Position numbers and translations under genes: made by a program | Assembly (NCBI GenBank): GCA_942493375.1 | Contig: OW818698.1 | Coordinates: forward strand, 6,255,465-6,319,464 | DNA length: 64,000 nucleotides | Direction: 5' to 3' | From: Abditibacteriota bacterium | GTDB lineage: Bacteria; Armatimonadota; UBA5829 | Shown: positions 58,289-64,000 of the stretch, one piece after another | Layout: each line of letters opens with the position of its first letter | How positions within the stretch are numbered: the first letter of the stretch is position 1 | The notes under the pieces: model-generated | The model's database searches: none | What the model saw: the letters and a program-made list of their open reading frames with translations, nothing else | What the model was told of the DNA's origin: nothing

Positions 58289-58379
58289 GGATTTTTGGAC
58301 AGGATTAACAAGATTGACAGGATTAACATGAAAGTTTTAATTGCCTGTAGATTGCTAATCTTGTAAATCCTGTCAATGA

Positions 58380-59930
58380 TTACTTTCCAAAGACTTTCCT
58401 CACCAGTCTTTCAACTTCCGGGTTCCATCCTCCTCTGCCTAAGGCGACTGTTGGGATATAGTCGAATCCGTGGAGAGCTGAGTAGGCTTGCTCTACTACT
58501 TCTGATGAGTAGGTATATCTTGGAGGGTAGATCGTTTCGCTGCCATCTGCTGCAGGTAGGGTCAGGAATGGCAGCCTGCCGATTGAGCTTTTGAACAACG
58601 TTCTCCTCTCGGTTCGACTGCTGATGGTATTTGGCAGCATCATCTGGATCACTGGTGTGTAGGGGAGTAGAGACTGAACTATTCCCTCTCCTCCAATAAG
58701 AACAGCGGGATTTTCAAGAATCAACCGGGTGAGAAGCTCAGCTTTACCTCTATAGTAGTTTGCATTTGGATCATTCCAGAACAGGGATGTTTGATCGAGA
58801 TAAATAGCCTTGAGTTTATAAAGCTCAATCAATGATTTTGCACTGCCTGCAAAGTAGTCATTCCACTTTTGATATGCAGGATTTATGTAGGCCAGATAGG
58901 CTTCCTCACGACCATCGCCATCGACATCGTAACGCCACCATCGTTCCTCATTGTTGTGGTTTCGGGTTATGCAATCCTTGAAATCATCCCAGAGTTCGGA
59001 CCAGGGATTTATGCCTGTGAGATTGATGTGTGGCATTATAAGATAACCCAGAGAATCGGCTGTGTTGCAGAGGGATGAGAATCCTGTCTCGCCCCCGCAG
59101 GCATCAGAGGGTGTGAACTTTGGTCTGGCCATATCGTATGGACCTTCCCAGCCTGGAATATAAACAAGAGTTGTGGGTGGATTGCAGTATGTTTGCAGCG
59201 TCCGGAGTATATCTTCCATCTGGTTGAAAGTGAGTAGAGGTTCACCATAACTGCATTCTGCGTGCAAATATATGGCTTTGTCCAGTAGCCTATAGCTATC
59301 GTCGAATAATGAAGGACGATTTGCATTAACTTCACTTTCGAATGTGGATATCAGTGAATCAAGTGAGTCAGCCTGCATGTATTTCCAGGATGGAAAATTG
59401 TATGGAAGGTCGGTGGAACTCAGTTCTTTTTCCAGATAAAAATCGAGAGTTGTCTTGTCCTGTCCGCTTGTGATTCTTATGCTTCCATATTGCTGGACCA
59501 GATCGGAGGAATATATAGCTACCCATCCGGATTTGAGTTTCAAGGCAATGAATGCGATGGTCAAGTTGTATTCGCTGCGCGCAAATGGGTGGTTGGCTGA
59601 ATAGAGGTCTTCATACCAGGATGACAATACTGCGTGCAAGCCTCCAGCAGGGATTTCCCGTTTGATGAGTTCATTTGTGTGACCATCGACACTCCAGCAT
59701 TCCGTGGCAGTTTCATTAAATTGTAGTGTAAATGACAGGCCTTTGATTGAGTTGCTGGACAGGAAACAGTTTATGCTGGCGTTATGCGCTTCAGCATCAA
59801 CAGCCACGTAGGATGACTCATTGTGATATTGGTGAGAACCATTAATTAGGTTCTCTGAGACATCCTTGGTTGATTTTCCAATGCGGTAATCAACGGGCAT
59901 TTCTCCGATGGTAAGCAGCCTGGTTTGCAT
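58380..59930 (-). CDS. Hypothetical protein (possible TIM-barrel glycoside-hydrolase-like)
   Basis: 516 aa with no signal peptide or recognised motif. It is convergent with the CoA ligase gene. Confidence 0.3.
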   Translation of the reverse strand: MQTRLLTIGEMPVDYRIGKSTKDVSENLINGSHQYHNESSYVAVDAEAHNASINCFLSSNSIKGLSFTLQFNETATECWSVDGHTNELIKREIPAGGLHAVLSSWYEDLYSANHPFARSEYNLTIAFIALKLKSGWVAIYSSDLVQQYGSIRITSGQDKTTLDFYLEKELSSTDLPYNFPSWKYMQADSLDSLISTFESEVNANRPSLFDDSYRLLDKAIYLHAECSYGEPLLTFNQMEDILRTLQTYCNPPTTLVYIPGWEGPYDMARPKFTPSDACGGETGFSSLCNTADSLGYLIMPHINLTGINPWSELWDDFKDCITRNHNNEERWWRYDVDGDGREEAYLAYINPAYQKWNDYFAGSAKSLIELYKLKAIYLDQTSLFWNDPNANYYRGKAELLTRLILENPAVLIGGEGIVQSLLPYTPVIQMMLPNTISSRTERRTLFKSSIGRLPFLTLPAADGSETIYPPRYTYSSEVVEQAYSALHGFDYIPTVALGRGGWNPEVERLVRKVFGK

Positions 59931-60072
59931 ATAATCCCTCTTTGATGACGTTGCATGAGTAAAGGTAAGCGGTTATTATCATGACAACCGTTCGATAGGA
60001 TTATACCATGGGCATTATGGATACGTTTATAACTACCGCGAAACATGCTAACTACGCGAAAGGGATGAGATA

Positions 60073-61545
60073 GTGAGAGTTGGGGATAGCAGATTCTTTT
60101 TTCTGGATGATTTGATATATAGTTTTGGGGTGCAGCAGAATGTTGTGAAGGGGAATGTGTTTCCAGAGCCGGTTATTTCGCTTGGGGGGCCTGGTTCGTG
60201 GGATGAAAAGAGAATACAGTTTTCCAGCGTGTTATACGATAAGCACAAACGTATATTCAGGATGTGGTATCTGGGCTTGGGAGATGAACCGGAATGTGAG
60301 TCGGGTGAAGGACCCAGGAGCGTCGTGCATCGAGGTGTGAGTTATATTGGGCATACAAAACAAGGTTATGCGGAAAGCCCGGACGGTGTAAACTGGGTGA
60401 AACCCAGCCTGGGACTACTCGAATACAATGGTTCTTTGGATAACAATATTGTCCCGGTTCATCCAGCTCTTCCAGGCAGCCCGATGGTTATTGAAGATCC
60501 TGAGGAAGGGTTGAATCCACACAGATATAAGATGATTCTTTCAAATGGGGGCGGAGGCGGGCTCAGCTTTTCGGATGATGGTATTCACTGGCAGTCGTAC
60601 AGGGACGGTGTCAATCTATACCAGTGTGGAAGTGAGAGAGGTAAGGAAGAATCTTTTGATCTATTCACTCAGGAACCATATAGTTTTATCAAAGACATCT
60701 GTACAGCTGATGAACGGAAGCGCTATCGGATATATACTCAAGCATCGAGTGGTCCCCCAAACTGGGTGAGGAGAACAGGTCTTGTATACAGCTCTGATGC
60801 AAAGCATTGGGAAGTGCATCCGGAACCGGTGATGGGTATACCGGATGGTGGTTCCGGTATATCCGGCCAGGTGCATGGCCTGGCGGTGATGTTGTACAAG
60901 GACTATTATGTTGCATTTATCCATCTCTGTCTTCCTCATTCAAAAACTGGATGGCTGGCACCAAGGGTTCATTTGGCGATTTCAACTGATGGGGAGAGCT
61001 TCAGGATATTTGAGGATGAGGCCAGTGCTTTGATACCTACGGGACCAGATGGCGGTTGGTGGGAAGGGGGAGTAACATCCGATTCCGTGTTGTTGGTTGG
61101 AGACGAGATACACTGTTATTTTACTGGTCTAAATGTGAATGCTGCCTGGGATGGAAACCCTGAGTCGGAGGAGCGACCTGGATTAAATACAGGACTTGCA
61201 AAATGGGATGTGGATAGATTGCTATCGGTCAGTCTCAAGCCTGGGTATACTGAAGGGTATTTTATGCTGCCAGTGGTTGATATAAAACAGGATTGCTTTC
61301 CTGAGGTATATGTCAATGCAGATCTCAATGATCCAACAACTGACTTGAGAATTGCTCTGTTGGATGAATCTACCAGGCTTATTGTAGACGGATTTGGATT
61401 TGATTACTTCAGGTTGAATTCTGAGTTATCAGGTAATTGGGGTTCGGGAATCCTGCGATCAAATGATCGAGTTATACCTTGTGTCCACATATCGGGTGAT
61501 GCGACCAGGATATATTCCTTGGAATTGCACAGCGGGAAAGTATAA
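60073..61545 (+). CDS. Five-bladed beta-propeller glycoside hydrolase/phosphorylase-like protein (GH130/GH43-like)
   Basis: GGPGSWDEKRIQFSSVLYD...FRMWYLG and repeated W/D-containing blade motifs. 490 aa. Confidence 0.4.
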   Translation: MRVGDSRFFFLDDLIYSFGVQQNVVKGNVFPEPVISLGGPGSWDEKRIQFSSVLYDKHKRIFRMWYLGLGDEPECESGEGPRSVVHRGVSYIGHTKQGYAESPDGVNWVKPSLGLLEYNGSLDNNIVPVHPALPGSPMVIEDPEEGLNPHRYKMILSNGGGGGLSFSDDGIHWQSYRDGVNLYQCGSERGKEESFDLFTQEPYSFIKDICTADERKRYRIYTQASSGPPNWVRRTGLVYSSDAKHWEVHPEPVMGIPDGGSGISGQVHGLAVMLYKDYYVAFIHLCLPHSKTGWLAPRVHLAISTDGESFRIFEDEASALIPTGPDGGWWEGGVTSDSVLLVGDEIHCYFTGLNVNAAWDGNPESEERPGLNTGLAKWDVDRLLSVSLKPGYTEGYFMLPVVDIKQDCFPEVYVNADLNDPTTDLRIALLDESTRLIVDGFGFDYFRLNSELSGNWGSGILRSNDRVIPCVHISGDATRIYSLELHSGKV

Positions 61546-61620
61546 AATGGGATATATGCATCAAATGGGAGCTGCTGGTGCATGCTCCCATTTGGTGTTG
61601 GCGTTGATGGTGAAATCTGA

Positions 61621-62406
61621 CTATTTGTAGTGGTTCTGTAATTCCGTCGCATATGCGGGAGTGACTGGTTTACTGTGATCCCAAACAGGAGCGGCGTTTA
61701 CTTCATCCTTTGTTGCATTGAGAATGATTTTTCTTTCGGGCCATTCAACTGCAATTATGCGTTGAGGGGGGAGCAGGACTTTCTTTCCAAACCATAGATG
61801 TGAGGTGTCAATAGCAACGAATTTAATATCGAAGCAAGCGTCATCTATGATAAAATCTTCTACTTTTCCAATGCTTCCATCCACAGCCTCAACATGATAC
61901 CCAATTACATCATCCGCACTGCGCAGGTGTGTTTCAACCTTTTCTGGCTTTGGTTCCATTTCCGGTTCAAGAGCAGATTCTTCATTCTCTTTGACCGCTG
62001 CACCCATGATCCCGGCTTGATACGGATACATGCCAGTTCCCCATGAGTATATCCCACCCCAGTAGTAAGGCCATCCATAGAAATCGTAGTAGTCTTGTTC
62101 AGACTGGCGTGAGATCGGTAGATCGGTGTTTATGTCCGGGCTATTGTCTATCTGGTCAATAGTCAGATTCATCTTCAAAATGCGTGCATGCCAGTCTGCT
62201 GCAGCGAACGCAATCGGAGATAGAAGCACTTCCCGGTCATCCATATCAACCACGAAATGTCTCACTACCCACTTCTCGTCATCAAACAGAACGTCCTCAA
62301 GCTTTCCAACTTCATCATCATTCGCGTAGACTGTATAATCACGCATGTCTCTAACGCTTCGGAGCATTACATCCCTCTCCGAAGCTTTTATATCACACTC
62401 TTTCAT
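61621..62406 (-). CDS. Tandem PRC-barrel domain protein
   Basis: LRSVRDMRDYTVYANDDEVGKLEDVLFDDEKWVVRHFVVD and LRSADDVIGYHVEAVDGSIGKVEDFIIDDACFDIKFVAID, with a Tyr/Trp/Gly-rich linker between them. Confidence 0.55.
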   Translation of the reverse strand: MKECDIKASERDVMLRSVRDMRDYTVYANDDEVGKLEDVLFDDEKWVVRHFVVDMDDREVLLSPIAFAAADWHARILKMNLTIDQIDNSPDINTDLPISRQSEQDYYDFYGWPYYWGGIYSWGTGMYPYQAGIMGAAVKENEESALEPEMEPKPEKVETHLRSADDVIGYHVEAVDGSIGKVEDFIIDDACFDIKFVAIDTSHLWFGKKVLLPPQRIIAVEWPERKIILNATKDEVNAAPVWDHSKPVTPAYATELQNHYK

Positions 62407-62616
62407 CTTGATTCCTCCGTAAGCAAGCACCGGCCAAAGCAACCGTATCATAAACAGTTCTATTGGCACATTGCATCGATGTGCAGCCTACAAAACCTTC
62501 ATACCCATTTGGCAACCCCAATAAGCACTTTGGAAAGAAATAGACAGTAAAAGGATTTGTCAATGATTCCTAGATTGTTGCGATGTGGGTCTTGTGTTCG
62601 GGGTGGAATATGATGG

Positions 62617-63570
62617 TTACTTGTCTGGATATGTCTGATTCAGTATCGTTCTGAGCTTAAGAATGGAAGCATTTGAGATGGGTATATGGAAATCGAACTC
62701 CGACAAGGTGTAGTCCAGCAGTCTTGTTGCTGTATCACCAAGGAGATTGGGTGTGCTGCGACAGATATTGCCCATGTTGAGGCCTCGGTGGTTGAGTATG
62801 TATTTGGCGGCTGGCAGGTAATCACATGCGCACATTATATCGTGCATAATCTGAGCTGATTCGTATGCTTGATTCCTGAGTTCCGGATCAGAGCCGTTAC
62901 ACATTGTTACACAGTGTTCGGGACATACGTTTGCTATTATGCCACAATGGCCGGCTCCTCCTGCTTTTAGTGTCTCAGGTGTGCAGCGCAGGTTGGCTGC
63001 GAATATCTTAAGGGGTGTGTTTTCCGCGGCGTGGACTTTAGTCATGCAATTATTCAGGTCTGACGATGTCTCTTTTACAAATATGAAACGACCGGTTGGA
63101 GCTATCTGAGAGATTTCCTCGGAGGTGATTTGTATGTGTTTCGGGGAGGGGCATTCATATATTCCCAGAGGAATCTTAGTAAGTTCACTCAATTTTATTA
63201 GTTGTCCGGGAATGTCACTGGGAGACGGCAGGATCGAAAGCAGAACGACTACGGCGTCTACCCCTGTGTCATACATTGCTTTGACGCTAATGACCTGTTC
63301 ATCCAGCGATCCGCTAAAATTACCACTGGCTACGATCGGTATAGCTCCATTGGTGCGGTTGACTACCCGGTTAGCTATCAGATGTCTTTCCTCAGGGGTC
63401 AGGTGGAACATTTCACTGGAAAGACAGACGGTGAATATTGCTGATACTCCTGCATTTATGTAGAAATCAACCATTTCGTCTATAACATCATAGTTTACGG
63501 CTCCATTGACATCGAATGGGGTCAACATTACCGGAATTGCGCCGGATGGAATTTCAATAAATCTTGCCAA
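62617..63570 (-). CDS. Dihydrodipicolinate synthase/N-acetylneuraminate lyase (DapA/NAL) family class I aldolase
   Basis: IPVMLTPFDVNGAVNYDVIDEMVDFYINAGVSAIFTV... TIM-barrel. The Schiff-base Lys region is FIFVKETSSD. Confidence 0.6.
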   Translation of the reverse strand: MARFIEIPSGAIPVMLTPFDVNGAVNYDVIDEMVDFYINAGVSAIFTVCLSSEMFHLTPEERHLIANRVVNRTNGAIPIVASGNFSGSLDEQVISVKAMYDTGVDAVVVLLSILPSPSDIPGQLIKLSELTKIPLGIYECPSPKHIQITSEEISQIAPTGRFIFVKETSSDLNNCMTKVHAAENTPLKIFAANLRCTPETLKAGGAGHCGIIANVCPEHCVTMCNGSDPELRNQAYESAQIMHDIMCACDYLPAAKYILNHRGLNMGNICRSTPNLLGDTATRLLDYTLSEFDFHIPISNASILKLRTILNQTYPDK

Positions 63571-63630
63571 TGAAGTTGTCCTCCTGCCCCCAAGTTGGGG
63601 GTGCCAACTTATTTCGTTTAGAAACCTATA

Positions 63631-63711
63631 CTAGCCCGCATTATTCATGATTGACTCGCTTTCGCCCCTACTGCTGGTCGAAAGCAGTGCTTGGTGAATA
63701 AAGCGGGCTAG
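63631..63711. repeat. MITE/REP-like nested palindromic element, family 1
   Basis: CTAGCCCGCATTATTCATGATTGACTCGCTTTCGCCCCTACTGCTGGTCGAAAGCAGTGCTTGGTGAATAAAGCGGGCTAG, which has perfect 11-bp terminal inverted repeats. Confidence 0.75.
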
Positions 63712-64000
63712 TTATGACGGCTCAAATGGCCGTCAAAACCTGATGGTTTCTTAGTAGCCATTTGCTGACCGGCTGATCAACACATGATCTGATGTATATT
63801 ACAATTCTTTATCTTGAAATTCCTGCTGTCAGGAAGTACGTAGTGAGTTCGACATATTCAATTCTATCCTGATTATGATATACTCTCGCTAGTAATCTAT
63901 GCTGGGGCTCATTATGTTGTGAGTTCTGTCTATATATTCCACTTTGAAAGGTGATTATCAATGCTTCAACCATACGATCTACGCTGTGAATATGCCGAGA

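Overview
This 64 kb window looks like chromosomal DNA from a diderm (Gram-negative-type) bacterium, roughly 47% GC by eye and gene-dense on both strands. Housekeeping content I can recognise from motifs includes der(3' part)-plsY-AMMECR1, rpmB, tyrS, mreB-murA, accD-accA, pfkA, an ACT-fused malic enzyme, glycerate kinase, and a long lipid-A/LPS cluster (skp-like, lpxD-lpxC-fabZ-lpxA-lpxB-msbA-DUF374-waaA). A 4-tRNA cluster (Thr, Phe, Asp, Val) is present. Accessory content includes a CzcCBA-type RND heavy-metal efflux operon (small Cys/His-rich peptide, then TolC-like OEP apparently frameshifted, then MFP, then RND), an ECF sigma/anti-sigma pair with a downstream secreted multidomain protein, and a very large chemoreceptor with about 12 tandem HAMP units and a Cys-rich PAS domain, next to cheW. 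The most notable system is a two-gene encapsulin nanocompartment locus. It encodes a ferritin-like cargo protein with a C-terminal ...PTIGSLK targeting peptide, followed by a 267-aa HK97-fold encapsulin shell protein. It is bounded by the tRNA cluster on one side and a MITE-like palindromic repeat on the other. At least two families of short palindromic (REP/MITE-like) repeats are scattered through the intergenic regions, and one beta-helix gene is bracketed by about 95-bp direct repeats. No CRISPR array, integrase or transposase was recognised. All calls rest on ORF structure and motif recognition by eye; no database searches were run.
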